Of a stretch of DNA of 64,000 nt, positions 36,456 through 46,328 are shown one piece after another. The position numbers were made by a program, and so were the translations under genes. The DNA lies in contig JBJOND010000002.1 in NCBI GenBank assembly GCA_046052065.1, positions 31,224 to 95,223 on the forward strand, read 5' to 3'. The first letter of the stretch is position 1; every line of letters starts with the position of its first letter. The stretch comes from Bacteroidota bacterium (GTDB lineage Bacteria > Bacteroidota > Bacteroidia > AKYH767-A > OLB10). The notes under the pieces were generated by a model that was not told the origin of the DNA, made no database searches, and was given only the letters and a program-made list of their open reading frames with translations.

Positions 36456-38591
36456 ATGAAGAAAATCGTACTCACAATTCAACTCATTGTAATTATCCAT
36501 TTACCTGCTTTTTGCCAGGATACGCTTTTAAATGCAGGTGCTTTATGGAAATACAACGACCTCGGTATAGACCTAGGTGTTTTATGGAAGAATAATAACT
36601 ACGCTGATGCATCTTGGTCACAAGGGAATGCGCCATTAGGCTATGGAATAGCTAACTTAAACACTACACTTTCATTTGGTACTTCATCGACTAATAAGTA
36701 CACCACTACCTATTTTCGTAAATGGGTGAATATTACAAATCCTCGTGACTTGTATTCTAAAATACAATTTAATGTCCGCCGAGATGATGGCGTTATTATT
36801 TATGTCAATGGTGTGGAAGTCCTACGATCTAACATGCCATCAGGAAACGTTACTTATACAACCTTTTCAAGTTCCTGTGCTGCTGATAATGGAAGTGTTT
36901 GGCAGACGATAGATATTGCCACCAATTATTTCAATGATGGTAATAATTTAATAGCTGTTGAGCTCCATCAATGTAATCTTACAAGTGGCGACTTGTTTTT
37001 CAATCTTCAGATGATTGGCAGTAAATCGATTGCTGGCTTTGAATCTATTTCGCCTTCTGTACAAAATCAAACTTTTGTTATTCCTCCGTCGCATACGTAC
37101 CAGTTATTAGTGAAAGAAGGTCGTCAATTGACAGCTGGAGGTAGAGTACCAGGTCGAGCTGACTTTACTGGCTATATTCCTATTAATGGTTCCAGCGAAG
37201 AAGGATACTTACATATAAATCATGAAAATGCCCCTATTGGTGGTGTTTCTCATTTTAAAATTCAATTTAATAGCAACACCAAACTTTGGAATATTCAATC
37301 ATCGCAAAAAATTAATGTTAATGCCAGCGACATTGTAAATCTTTATAAAAATTGTTCGGGAGCAATTACACCTTGGGGTACGTCGCTTAGCGGCGAAGAA
37401 TCACGAGATTCTAATGATGTAAATAATGATGGTTATTTAGATGCTGGATGGTTAGTCGAGATTGATCCAAATACAAGAGCTGTTAAAAAATATAATGGAG
37501 GAAATAAGCAGCAAAAATTATGGGCGTTAGGAAGAATGTCGCATGAAAATGCATGTGTAGCTCCTGATTCAGTAACGGTTTATTATGGTGAAGATTTTAC
37601 AGCGGGTTGCTTGTATAAATTTGTAGCCAATATTCCAGGTAATTTATCTAGCGGAGCAATGTATGTTTTGAAGTTAGATTCATCATTATCCTCCAATGGA
37701 GCGCCTTTAAAATCTACCGGTGTTTGGATACAAGTCCCTAATACTACAAAGGCACAACGGAATTTTGCTTATGATTTAGCTGCTAATCTTGGTGGAACTC
37801 CTTTCGATGGTGTTGAAGATGCAGAAATAGGACCTGACTCCATGATTTACTTTACCTCAAAAATCTATGGTAGAGTTTACCGATTTAAAGATAACGGAAA
37901 TACAGTAACGAATTTCGAATCCTTTGTAGGTGGTGCCAGTTATCTGATTAACCATCATAATGGTCCGACCAACGTGGCATGGGGAACAGGGAATGATAAT
38001 CTGGCCTTTGACAATGAAGGAAATTTATGGGTATTTCAAGATGGTGGGAATAATTATATCTGGGTGGTAAAAAAAGGACATTCTCAGGCTTCGCCAAAAG
38101 TTCAATTGTTTGGCTGTGTACCAACAGGAGCTGAACCAACGGGAATCACTTTCTCGCCTGACAATCGGTTTATGTTTATGTCAATACAGCACCCTTCTAC
38201 AACAAATAGATCTGTTATGAAAGATGCAACTGGAAACAATGTTGTATTTAATGCTAGTGCTACATTGGTTGTTGGATTAAAACAGGATTTAGGCAGTGAT
38301 CAGACAAAAATCAGTAGAGAGATTACGAGTATTGATTTCGATAATTTGATAAATGCTTACCCTAATCCATTTATCAATTCTACAACCCTTGAATTGATGG
38401 TACTAAATCGAGGTAAACTCAGCGTAGAAATTTATAATATTAACGGACAATTAGCAGCTAATCCTTTCAATGATGATGTTGAAGAAGGTTTCTGGAATAG
38501 AGAAATTGGAGCTGAATTACCTTCGGGATTATATTTCGTGAGAGCTAGTATTAATCAGCAAGTACATACTTTAAAGTTTATCAAAGAATAA
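36456..38591 (+). CDS. PhoX-like (DUF839) beta-propeller phosphatase with an N-terminal jelly-roll-like accessory domain and a T9SS type-A CTD
   Basis: GTPFDGVEDAEIGPD, NLAFDNEGNLWVFQDGGNN and GAEPTGITFSPDNRFMFMSIQHP resemble PhoX/DUF839. The N-terminal ~190 aa contain TTYFRK...RRDDGVIIYVNGVEVLRSNMP...LIAVELHQ. The C-terminus is AYPNPFINSTT...GLYFVRA. Confidence 0.7.
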   Translation: MKKIVLTIQLIVIIHLPAFCQDTLLNAGALWKYNDLGIDLGVLWKNNNYADASWSQGNAPLGYGIANLNTTLSFGTSSTNKYTTTYFRKWVNITNPRDLYSKIQFNVRRDDGVIIYVNGVEVLRSNMPSGNVTYTTFSSSCAADNGSVWQTIDIATNYFNDGNNLIAVELHQCNLTSGDLFFNLQMIGSKSIAGFESISPSVQNQTFVIPPSHTYQLLVKEGRQLTAGGRVPGRADFTGYIPINGSSEEGYLHINHENAPIGGVSHFKIQFNSNTKLWNIQSSQKINVNASDIVNLYKNCSGAITPWGTSLSGEESRDSNDVNNDGYLDAGWLVEIDPNTRAVKKYNGGNKQQKLWALGRMSHENACVAPDSVTVYYGEDFTAGCLYKFVANIPGNLSSGAMYVLKLDSSLSSNGAPLKSTGVWIQVPNTTKAQRNFAYDLAANLGGTPFDGVEDAEIGPDSMIYFTSKIYGRVYRFKDNGNTVTNFESFVGGASYLINHHNGPTNVAWGTGNDNLAFDNEGNLWVFQDGGNNYIWVVKKGHSQASPKVQLFGCVPTGAEPTGITFSPDNRFMFMSIQHPSTTNRSVMKDATGNNVVFNASATLVVGLKQDLGSDQTKISREITSIDFDNLINAYPNPFINSTTLELMVLNRGKLSVEIYNINGQLAANPFNDDVEEGFWNREIGAELPSGLYFVRASINQQVHTLKFIKE

Positions 38592-38613
38592 TTTACTCAA
38601 TACCTTAAAAGAG

Positions 38614-38644
38614 TCCACTGCATTGCGGTGGATTCTTTATTTTT
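38614..38644 (+). terminator. Probable intrinsic terminator after the PhoX-like gene
   Basis: TCCACTG (38614-38620) / CGGTGGA (38626-38632), 7 bp with one G-U, followed by the T-rich TTCTTTATTTTT. Confidence 0.5.
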
Positions 38645-38645
38645 G
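38638..38645 (+). promoter_or_regulatory. -7 box TATTTTTG 4 nt upstream of the mnmE ATG
   Basis: Exact TAnnTTTG match. Leaderless-type geometry. Confidence 0.35.
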
Positions 38646-38649
38646 CCCA

Positions 38650-40047
38650 ATGCATTTACCCAACCAAGCAGATACCATTTGTGCGTTAGCAACGGCTCCA
38701 GGACTCGGCGCTATTGCTGTAATTCGTATTTCTGGTCCAAATACATTTAAAATTATTGAATCTGTTTTTAAAACAAAGAAGGGTAAATCGAAAGACTTTA
38801 ATACCATCGCATCACATACGCTTCACTTTGGCGATATTGTTCTAGATAATCAAACACTTGATGAAGTATTGATTAGTGTTTTTAAAAATCCACATTCGTA
38901 TACAGGGCAAGATACCATTGAAATTAGTTGCCATGGATCGACATATATCCAACAACAGATTTTACAACTGTTACAAAGAAATGGCGCTCGATTAGCAGAA
39001 CCTGGTGAGTTTACATTAAGAGCTTTTTTAAATGGCAAGCTTGATTTATCGCAAGCGGAAGCAGTTGCAGACTTAATTTCTTCCCAGCATGCAAGTGCTC
39101 ATCAAACGGCCATGCAACAATTACGTGGTGGATACAGCCATGCGATACAAGAATTACGCACCCAACTTTTAAATTTTGCTTCGTTAATTGAATTAGAATT
39201 AGACTTTGCGGAAGAAGATGTAGAATTCGCTAATCGCAATCAATTATCGAAGTTAGTACATGAATTATTGAAATCGGTGCGCACACTCCGAGAAAGTTAC
39301 GCAACTGGTAATGCGCTTAAAAACGGAATCCCTGTAGTTATTGCTGGCAAGCCGAATGTTGGCAAGAGTACGTTGCTAAACGCGCTCCTAAACGATGATA
39401 AAGCCATTGTAAGTGATATTGCAGGTACAACAAGAGATGTGATAGAAGATCAGTTAGTAATTGATGGATATCGTTTTCGATTTATGGATACTGCGGGATT
39501 ACGTGCTACTGGAGATGTGATTGAGCAACTAGGTGTAGAACGCTCGTATGAATATGCACGAAAGGCGAATATCATTCTATACTTATGTGATCCGGCGCAG
39601 AGCACCGCAAAAGAAATTGAAGAAGAAATTACCGATTTACAAAATAAAGTAGGCGAAGATAAATTCATACTATCGGTAGTGAATAAGTGTGATTTACATG
39701 ATCAATCAAAATTAGTTGACTACTCTTCTCTACCTAATGTCATTTTTATTGCTGCCAAAACGCAATTGCATTTAGAAGAGTTAAAAAAGCAATTAATTAT
39801 CGGTTCTGGTGTGGCTTCCTTAGAAAATGAAAACCAGTTAGTCACGAATGCCCGCCACGAAGGAGCCTTAGCAAAAGCAGAAGATGCGTTAGTGAGAGTA
39901 ATTACAGGAATGCACAGCAACCTAACTTCTGACCTACTCGCTTTAGACCTAAAAGATGCTATTTATCATTTAGGCTTGATTACCGGAGAGATTTATTCTG
40001 ATGATTTGCTAGGAAACATCTTTAGTAAATTTTGTATCGGAAAGTAA
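38650..40047 (+). CDS. mnmE: tRNA modification GTPase MnmE/TrmE
   Basis: DTICALATAPG N-terminus, G1 GKPNVGKSTLLN, G3 DTAGLR, C-terminal FCIGK. The ATG at 38650 is used instead of the track's TTG at 38623. Confidence 0.95.
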   Translation: MHLPNQADTICALATAPGLGAIAVIRISGPNTFKIIESVFKTKKGKSKDFNTIASHTLHFGDIVLDNQTLDEVLISVFKNPHSYTGQDTIEISCHGSTYIQQQILQLLQRNGARLAEPGEFTLRAFLNGKLDLSQAEAVADLISSQHASAHQTAMQQLRGGYSHAIQELRTQLLNFASLIELELDFAEEDVEFANRNQLSKLVHELLKSVRTLRESYATGNALKNGIPVVIAGKPNVGKSTLLNALLNDDKAIVSDIAGTTRDVIEDQLVIDGYRFRFMDTAGLRATGDVIEQLGVERSYEYARKANIILYLCDPAQSTAKEIEEEITDLQNKVGEDKFILSVVNKCDLHDQSKLVDYSSLPNVIFIAAKTQLHLEELKKQLIIGSGVASLENENQLVTNARHEGALAKAEDALVRVITGMHSNLTSDLLALDLKDAIYHLGLITGEIYSDDLLGNIFSKFCIGK

Positions 40048-40181
40048 AAAACCATCAATTATTTGAAAGTCCCAAGAAGTCAAATCACCTATTTAATTTG
40101 AATTAAAAGTTAATCAATAAATTCTTTTAATTTGCAACAGCAATTTAGAATACACTCTACTTACAGTGATAACTTACCTAA

Positions 40182-40745
40182 ATGAAAAAAGCAGCTATTA
40201 TCGTACTTGCAATATTTGTCATCGTTTCTTGTACTAATCAAAACAATCCTCAAATAACTATCGATAATAAAACTAATGATACAACTTCTGCATTGAAAAG
40301 AGGAGAATATCTTGTTAATATTTGTGGTTGTAACGATTGTCATTCGCCAAAGAAAATGACAGCAAATGGACCAATTCCTGATCCTAATCTTTTAATGTCA
40401 GGCCATCCATCAAATGCAAAATTAGATAGCTATGATAGCGAAACTGCATTAAAATGGTTGTTGTTTACTTTTAGTGGTACTGCTACTAAAGGTCCATGGG
40501 GGATTTCTTTTGCTGCTAATATTACTCCAGATACAACAGGAATTGGTACCTGGTCTGAGTCACAGTTTATAAGCGCATTAAAACATGGTAATTATAGAGG
40601 TGTAGAAGGTGCGAGAAAACTACTACCTCCTATGCCTTGGATGAACTATTCTAAAATGACTGATGATGATGTGAAAGCAATTTTCGCTTATCTAAAAACC
40701 ATTAAGCCAGTTAAGAATATTGTACCAGACCCTATTGCTCCTTAA
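40182..40745 (+). CDS. Mono-haem c-type cytochrome lipoprotein
   Basis: Signal peptide with a lipobox (IVSC). A single CNDCH haem-binding motif in RGEYLVNICGCNDCHSP. Candidate distal Met region PPMPWMNY. Confidence 0.7.
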   Translation: MKKAAIIVLAIFVIVSCTNQNNPQITIDNKTNDTTSALKRGEYLVNICGCNDCHSPKKMTANGPIPDPNLLMSGHPSNAKLDSYDSETALKWLLFTFSGTATKGPWGISFAANITPDTTGIGTWSESQFISALKHGNYRGVEGARKLLPPMPWMNYSKMTDDDVKAIFAYLKTIKPVKNIVPDPIAP

Positions 40746-40831
40746 ATTGGTTACAAGTTCGTTTTTACTTACTGTCTATCTTAAATATGCTTTAATATCA
40801 AATATTATTATCAGCTATTATTTCAATCATT

Positions 40832-41983
40832 CTAAGTAATAAAATAAGACACATTAAAGTATTGTTTTCTAAACCAAATTTCGAAAGCTGGGTCTACAAA
40901 TTCATAATGACTTTCTGTTTTATGGATAATATCATTATTGATTAATAGCATTTTATTCTTACTGACATTACGAGGCGTACCTAATGAATATTTTGTCATA
41001 ACAGCACTACTTGTAAATTGCGTTTCTGATTGAGCGACCGCTTTCAAAAGATTTAACTGTGTTGCACTCAAGATTTCGATTTCCCTTTGATATAGTGGAG
41101 AATTAGCGTTGATTAATTCTTTTAATGCAGCATTAAGTTCAACTTTAGTTGCTTTACGATGAGTTAAATTCCATACATAATGCGACAATTGTTGAACATA
41201 CCAAGAATGACATTTCATAATATCTGCAATGTATTCAGATACTTTATTATCGATGGATTTACCATTCGCAGAGAAACTGGTATTTATAAATGAAACCCAT
41301 TTATTCTTTTTGATTTTTTGCAATAACATTATATCGCCAAAACGATAAAAAGGCTTTGAAGGATTATTGAAAATCTCAGTCATCATATGCCTTTTACTAC
41401 CATATAAACAATAGGTAACCAATTTATGTCGCTGCCAACAAGCTCTCAACTTCTTTTCAAATGAATGATAATTTTTGAAGTTAGAAAGATTTTGAAATTC
41501 ATCAAGACATATTATAAATTTTACACCTTTTGATTTAGCAATTACTTCAGGCAAGTTTAATATTTCATCACTATGTTTTTTAAGTTCTTTCCAATCAAAA
41601 CTTAAACTAAAATCTGATTGAGGCTCAATTCCAATACTTAATTTAGGAATTAATTTTTTAAAGAATAGCTTTCCACTATTCATCCATTCTTGCCACTTTG
41701 TGAAAGAGGCTTTAATTACTTCTTTAGCTAATATCTCGAGAAACTCTTCTTCTGAACTAACAGAAAACAAATCTATAATAACAGTCTTATGTTGTTTGTT
41801 TTTCTTTCCTATATCAAAAATCACTTTTTCCACTAAAGATGACTTGCCCCATCTTCTTGGAGAAATTATAGTTGTATTAACACCACCCAATAAATTCTTT
41901 TTCAACTTTAATGATTCCTCTTCACGATTGGTAAACGAATGAACACTTACAGTTGTACCATAAATAAATGGAATGTCTTTCAT
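40832..41983 (-). CDS. AAA+ ATPase of the archaeal-type ATPase (PF01637-like) family with a DUF234-like C-terminus
   Basis: GREEE-like N-terminus (FTNREEES), P-loop SPRRWGKSSL, Walker B ICLDEFQ, C-terminal YEFVDPAFEIWFRKQY. Confidence 0.75.
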   Translation of the reverse strand: MKDIPFIYGTTVSVHSFTNREEESLKLKKNLLGGVNTTIISPRRWGKSSLVEKVIFDIGKKNKQHKTVIIDLFSVSSEEEFLEILAKEVIKASFTKWQEWMNSGKLFFKKLIPKLSIGIEPQSDFSLSFDWKELKKHSDEILNLPEVIAKSKGVKFIICLDEFQNLSNFKNYHSFEKKLRACWQRHKLVTYCLYGSKRHMMTEIFNNPSKPFYRFGDIMLLQKIKKNKWVSFINTSFSANGKSIDNKVSEYIADIMKCHSWYVQQLSHYVWNLTHRKATKVELNAALKELINANSPLYQREIEILSATQLNLLKAVAQSETQFTSSAVMTKYSLGTPRNVSKNKMLLINNDIIHKTESHYEFVDPAFEIWFRKQYFNVSYFIT

Positions 41984-42012
41984 AATTATTTTATACTAAA
42001 TGGTATTATACA

Positions 42013-42020
42013 CAAAGGTA
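42013..42020 (-). promoter_or_regulatory. -7 box (TACCTTTG on the minus strand) for the AAA+ ATPase gene
   Basis: Exact TAnnTTTG match, 29 nt upstream of the ATG at 41983. Confidence 0.45.
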
Positions 42021-42114
42021 TAAAATAATTTTTGATTAAAAATACAAAGCAAAAAATCAACAATTAACTAATGACAAATAGGTAATCAAATTCAAAGTTT
42101 AAACAGAAGGCTAA

Positions 42115-42720
42115 CTAATTCCCAGCAGAAAAAGAAGCAACTACAACTAATATTAGTCCTACCCAAACACCTACTGCAGTACCAAATCCAGTAAGTGATT
42201 TAGCTATCTTTTTTTTATGCGCACCCTTTTCATAGCCTTTTAAATAATTTTCGTTTTTAAGCAATGCTGGGTTTGATGTTCTAAAATTTTCTCTGTTCGG
42301 TTTTACAGAAGCAAGTATTGCCGTAGTTGGTAACCCAAAGGGAGGATAAATCAAAGTAGATCCAAAAGAACCCCAGAATACGCCGCTGGTTCTAAAATAC
42401 AACTTTGCATCCGCTTGACCTTTATTATACATCACATCAGCATTTTCATATGTGGCAACGAGCGATTCTAAACTAAATACATCGCGTGTTCCATTAGCAT
42501 ACTTAAGAATAAAAATAGTTTCCTTGGGAATAATTCGATTGGACACAGAATCAGAATCTGCTAGCTGACAAATAATATAAGTGGGATTTACTTCGGTGAT
42601 TTTGCAAATTAGTTCTTCACCATTTTTCAAAAGGATAGTGTCTTTGTTAACCAAAGTATCTTGAGCCTTTGTATTAATCGCAGCGCAAACAAACAAAAAC
42701 AAAAGGAATATTTTTCTCAT
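42115..42720 (-). CDS. Hypothetical exported/membrane protein. Its N-terminal ~55-aa module is paralogous to the upstream gene, and it has a C-terminal TM helix.
   Basis: Signal peptide MRKIFLLFLFVCA..AQ. Module ILLKNGEEL...FILKYANGTRDVF. C-terminal hydrophobic GVWVGLILVVVASF. The ATG at 42720 is used. Confidence 0.55.
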   Translation of the reverse strand: MRKIFLLFLFVCAAINTKAQDTLVNKDTILLKNGEELICKITEVNPTYIICQLADSDSVSNRIIPKETIFILKYANGTRDVFSLESLVATYENADVMYNKGQADAKLYFRTSGVFWGSFGSTLIYPPFGLPTTAILASVKPNRENFRTSNPALLKNENYLKGYEKGAHKKKIAKSLTGFGTAVGVWVGLILVVVASFSAGN

Positions 42721-42727
42721 AGAATAA

Positions 42728-43486
42728 TTAGCGCACTCGCGTATTAAAACCAACTAACAGACTTACTCTAACTCCAGTCGGAACACGTTCACCATTATCA
42801 GAAAAAATCGCATTCGTTACAGAAGGAACTACTGCAAGATTAATTGGATAAACTATTTTTCCGGATTTAATTGATCCACCAACAGCAAAAACCATCCCTG
42901 CTCCACTCACTGATAAATTTGGTCCTAAACCAAATTCAAAACCTTTTTTTCCTCTAATGCCAAACATCATACTTGCGCTAGGTAAAAACAAACCTTTTTC
43001 TACACCTCCAACTAAAAACACCCACTCTACTAAACCAGATGTTTCATTAGGTGTAGTAAATAATCTAGTTTCTAACTGCCAGCCAAACTGCGAAACAACA
43101 CCTTGATAACCCCTTTTCTCTAAGTCATCTTTTATTGAACCATCGCCAAAAACGGTTACTCCAACTCTAGGTCCGTTATAACGGATACGATCATAGCCCA
43201 GTGATTCCTCATCTGAATATGAACTTATATCATTTGGTGTCGCCATTGTTCTTACAAAAGTATCTTTCGTTCCATTTTCATATTTAATCATGAAAACATC
43301 AGTCTTTAAAAGCGTATAAAGCGGACCATCGATATTCTCCCATTTCTTAAACTTAATTTCATTAACAGTAAGTTCTTGAACTTTAACGCGCATTTCTGTA
43401 CCGTTATTCATAATTAGTACATCCTGAGCGTAAGTAAATCCAATAGCACCTACTGCAAATAAAATTGTAAACAATAATTTTTTCAT
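42728..43486 (-). CDS. Hypothetical exported protein. Its N-terminal module is paralogous to the downstream gene, and its C-terminus is Gly-rich and beta-barrel-like.
   Basis: Signal peptide MKKLLFTILFAVGAIGFTYAQ. Module LIMNNGTEM...FMIKYENGTKDTF. C-terminal alternating G/V/F strands. The ATG at 43486 is used. Confidence 0.55.
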   Translation of the reverse strand: MKKLLFTILFAVGAIGFTYAQDVLIMNNGTEMRVKVQELTVNEIKFKKWENIDGPLYTLLKTDVFMIKYENGTKDTFVRTMATPNDISSYSDEESLGYDRIRYNGPRVGVTVFGDGSIKDDLEKRGYQGVVSQFGWQLETRLFTTPNETSGLVEWVFLVGGVEKGLFLPSASMMFGIRGKKGFEFGLGPNLSVSGAGMVFAVGGSIKSGKIVYPINLAVVPSVTNAIFSDNGERVPTGVRVSLLVGFNTRVR

Positions 43487-43509
43487 TCTAATTTGATAAG
43501 TCATATTTA

Positions 43510-43517
43510 CAAAAATA
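43510..43517 (-). promoter_or_regulatory. -7 box (TATTTTTG on the minus strand) for the paralogue pair
   Basis: Exact TAnnTTTG match, 23 nt upstream of the ATG at 43486. Confidence 0.45.
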
Positions 43518-43718
43518 AAGATTTGAGTCCGAAACTGACGAACAAAAATCATCTTACAGTAATTTTTACAATTCAAATAAGAAAGTAGTATAAATTAAAA
43601 ATCAAATTTTGTAAATAAAAGATAAAAACGGACTTCTAACATTCGGAAATTGAAGTGCTTAAACTTTTTACTTCATAGCAGCAATAGTAGGTGAATGAAT
43701 CAATTGTTTTAAAATTAT

Positions 43719-44417
43719 TTATTTAAAAACAACATTCGAAATACCTTTGTTAATTTGATATTTTGAAATCGCTATTTCAATCTCACCTTTCTTAGGAACA
43801 TTCGTTTTTGCAGCTGCTTTTTGGGTTGAACCATCATCAAAATCGAATGTGATTCCCTTAGGTAATTTATAATCTTTGGTATTGAATGAAAAGATGATCT
43901 TATCAGGCAACCCATATTTTACATAATTGCCATAGGTCATCTGAAGTTCATAGGTGCCATTTTCTTTGGTAGTCGTTCGACTTTTTAAAATTAGCGCATT
44001 AACAGGATCAATATAAAGTGTAGTTAAAACTAAGTCGTCTGTATCATCATCTGGAAGTAGTTTTATAACCTTCACATTTGTAGTTGCTATTTTATCATCA
44101 CCAGCTTCAATAACTGTAAATTTATTATTGCTAAAAATATTATTCAAGTTAATACTCATTGAACCCTTTGGCACAAACGACATCCCATTCTCGCTCTTTA
44201 ATTTAAATTTATTGGGATTCTTAAAATACAATTTCACTTTAGCTATCGGCAACTTTAAAAAAGCAACATTCGTTTTCATCTTGCCTTCTGCCTCGTAGTC
44301 AGTCACCTTGTCTAATTTTGCTTGAACATTTTTTAATAGTGTATTATTTAGTTGTCCAATTGCATTGCAATGGCAAATTAAAATTATTAGCAGTACTCTA
44401 AAACTTATCTTAATCAT
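43719..44417 (-). CDS. LolA-like outer-membrane lipoprotein-sorting-fold protein
   Basis: Signal peptide. Pattern DYEAEGKMKTNVAFLKLPIAKVKLYFKNPNKFKL...ALILKSRTTTKENGTYELQMTY resembles the LolA_like fold. The ATG at 44417 (MIKISF) avoids overlap with the permease gene. Confidence 0.55.
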   Translation of the reverse strand: MIKISFRVLLIILICHCNAIGQLNNTLLKNVQAKLDKVTDYEAEGKMKTNVAFLKLPIAKVKLYFKNPNKFKLKSENGMSFVPKGSMSINLNNIFSNNKFTVIEAGDDKIATTNVKVIKLLPDDDTDDLVLTTLYIDPVNALILKSRTTTKENGTYELQMTYGNYVKYGLPDKIIFSFNTKDYKLPKGITFDFDDGSTQKAAAKTNVPKKGEIEIAISKYQINKGISNVVFK

Positions 44418-44427
44418 GATAGTCGTG

Positions 44428-45321
44428 TTATGAAAGGATATCTTTTTTTCTAAATGAAATGATGGCCATCGAAAGGAAAAATCCAATATGACCTAATAAA
44501 ATGTAAATGCTCTTTTTGATAGCTGGCCAATTTTCAATACTTCCTTTTATAGGTTGGCCGTAATCATCCAAACCGATATAAAAGAAACCTTTCCAACCAA
44601 CCAAATATGAAGTAAATAAATAGGGTTTAACATTTCTATCAATCACCGGAATATTCATATTTGAAACAATTGTGAAGAACAAAACAATACATACTGTTGC
44701 TACAATTGGTCCAATAGAATTCTCTGCAAAAACAGAAAGCAACATCCCTAATGCAACGATGACTGTTAACGCGATAGCAGCATATCCAAAGGCTGCGAAA
44801 TACCGCCACATGATATCATCTTTTGTTATTTGAAGTATAAACGAATCTTCGCCTTTTACTCTAAAGACCAACATATCCTCTTGTCCAAATATGAGCAGAC
44901 TCAAAAACAACGAAACAATCGCCATCCAAATCAAAAGACTAACAGTGAAAATAAAAGATGCTAAAAATTTCACTAATAACAATTGAGTTCGACTTACAGG
45001 CTTTGTCAACATTAATCGTAATGTTCCCATATTAGCTTCTCCTGAAATTGTATCTGCTGCAACCAAAGCTACAAGTATAGGAACTTGTATCAGTAATGTG
45101 TTTAAAATGATGTAACACATGAAGTACCCATTAATAGCTTTGGATTTATCTATTTCGAAATTGTCTTGAATGTTTTGCAACATTAAATCCATATAGCTCT
45201 TGCCATCATACTTGAATGCAAATTGAAAAATCAGAACGATAGCAGTTATTGCTGCAAAGGCAATATACGTCCTAGGCCTGGAGTAAATTTTATGCAGTTC
45301 AATTTGTAACAGCGTGAACAT
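44428..45321 (-). CDS. ABC-2 type transporter permease
   Basis: 297 aa with six hydrophobic helices. It overlaps the upstream ATPase gene by 23 nt. Confidence 0.75.
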   Translation of the reverse strand: MFTLLQIELHKIYSRPRTYIAFAAITAIVLIFQFAFKYDGKSYMDLMLQNIQDNFEIDKSKAINGYFMCYIILNTLLIQVPILVALVAADTISGEANMGTLRLMLTKPVSRTQLLLVKFLASFIFTVSLLIWMAIVSLFLSLLIFGQEDMLVFRVKGEDSFILQITKDDIMWRYFAAFGYAAIALTVIVALGMLLSVFAENSIGPIVATVCIVLFFTIVSNMNIPVIDRNVKPYLFTSYLVGWKGFFYIGLDDYGQPIKGSIENWPAIKKSIYILLGHIGFFLSMAIISFRKKDILS

Positions 45322-46231
45322 CTTCTTTCGGATTAGTAAGTTTTAAGAAATAATCTTCTAGTGAATGAAGATTTTGAATTAAATAAATATCGGTCTGATG
45401 AGTTGTTAGAAATCGGACTAACTCGGGAATATCAGACTTTGTAACTTCCAATTGAATTTGATTCTGGATAATTGTAAGGCCTTTTGTCCAACTGCTTTTT
45501 GATAACAATTCAAAAGATTTACTATTATCACTCGTTTCAATTTTTAAAATAGTTTTAGATGGATCCAACAATTCTTTTACTTCACCTTCGACTACTTTTT
45601 TACCATGATGAATGATGATCATGCGATTAGCGATGAGCTCAATCTCGCTTAATAAATGAGATGAAACTAATACTGTTTTATTTCTTTCGCGACTAAGTGT
45701 TAAAATAAGATTTCTGATATCAGCGATTCCTTGCGGGTCGAGTCCGTTGGTTGGCTCATCTAACACGATTAATTCAGGATTATGAACGAGTGCGACTGCA
45801 ATTCCCAAACGTTGCTTCATCCCTTGACTAAACGTTCCTGCTTTACTATTATAACGATTTGTTAATCCGACAAGCTCTAATTGATCCATCAAAAGGGATT
45901 TAGAAACCGTTATGCCACTCATCTTCGCAAATAGCTTAAGATTATCGTATGCTGAGAGGTATTTGTACAAATCTGGTTTTTCGATAACCGCACCCACCTT
46001 TCGTAGAATTTCATTTCTGTGTGTTTTTAGATTCATTCCGAAAATCTCAATGCTTCCTGAATCAGGCTGAATCAAACTAAGAAGCATTCGGATGGTAGTA
46101 GATTTCCCTGCTCCGTTTTGTCCGAGGAAACCAAAGATATCCCCTTGATTAACCTGAAAACTTAGATTATCAACTGCTTTAAAATCTTTAAAAGATTTAG
46201 AAAGTTGATGGGTTTGTAAGATTGTGCTCAT
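45299..46231 (-). CDS. ABC transporter ATP-binding protein (ABC-2/CcmA-like, with a C-terminal accessory domain)
   Basis: Walker A GQNGAGKST, signature FSQGMKQR, Walker B IVLDEP, H-loop SSH. Confidence 0.9.
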   Translation of the reverse strand: MSTILQTHQLSKSFKDFKAVDNLSFQVNQGDIFGFLGQNGAGKSTTIRMLLSLIQPDSGSIEIFGMNLKTHRNEILRKVGAVIEKPDLYKYLSAYDNLKLFAKMSGITVSKSLLMDQLELVGLTNRYNSKAGTFSQGMKQRLGIAVALVHNPELIVLDEPTNGLDPQGIADIRNLILTLSRERNKTVLVSSHLLSEIELIANRMIIIHHGKKVVEGEVKELLDPSKTILKIETSDNSKSFELLSKSSWTKGLTIIQNQIQLEVTKSDIPELVRFLTTHQTDIYLIQNLHSLEDYFLKLTNPKEDVHAVTN

Positions 46232-46328
46232 AGGAGATTTTATAACAATCTCTATGCTTTAAAGTTTGAAAAAATCGAACAATGCTAGATAAAATCTACT
46301 TTAAATACTCATCTAAAGAAATAATAGG

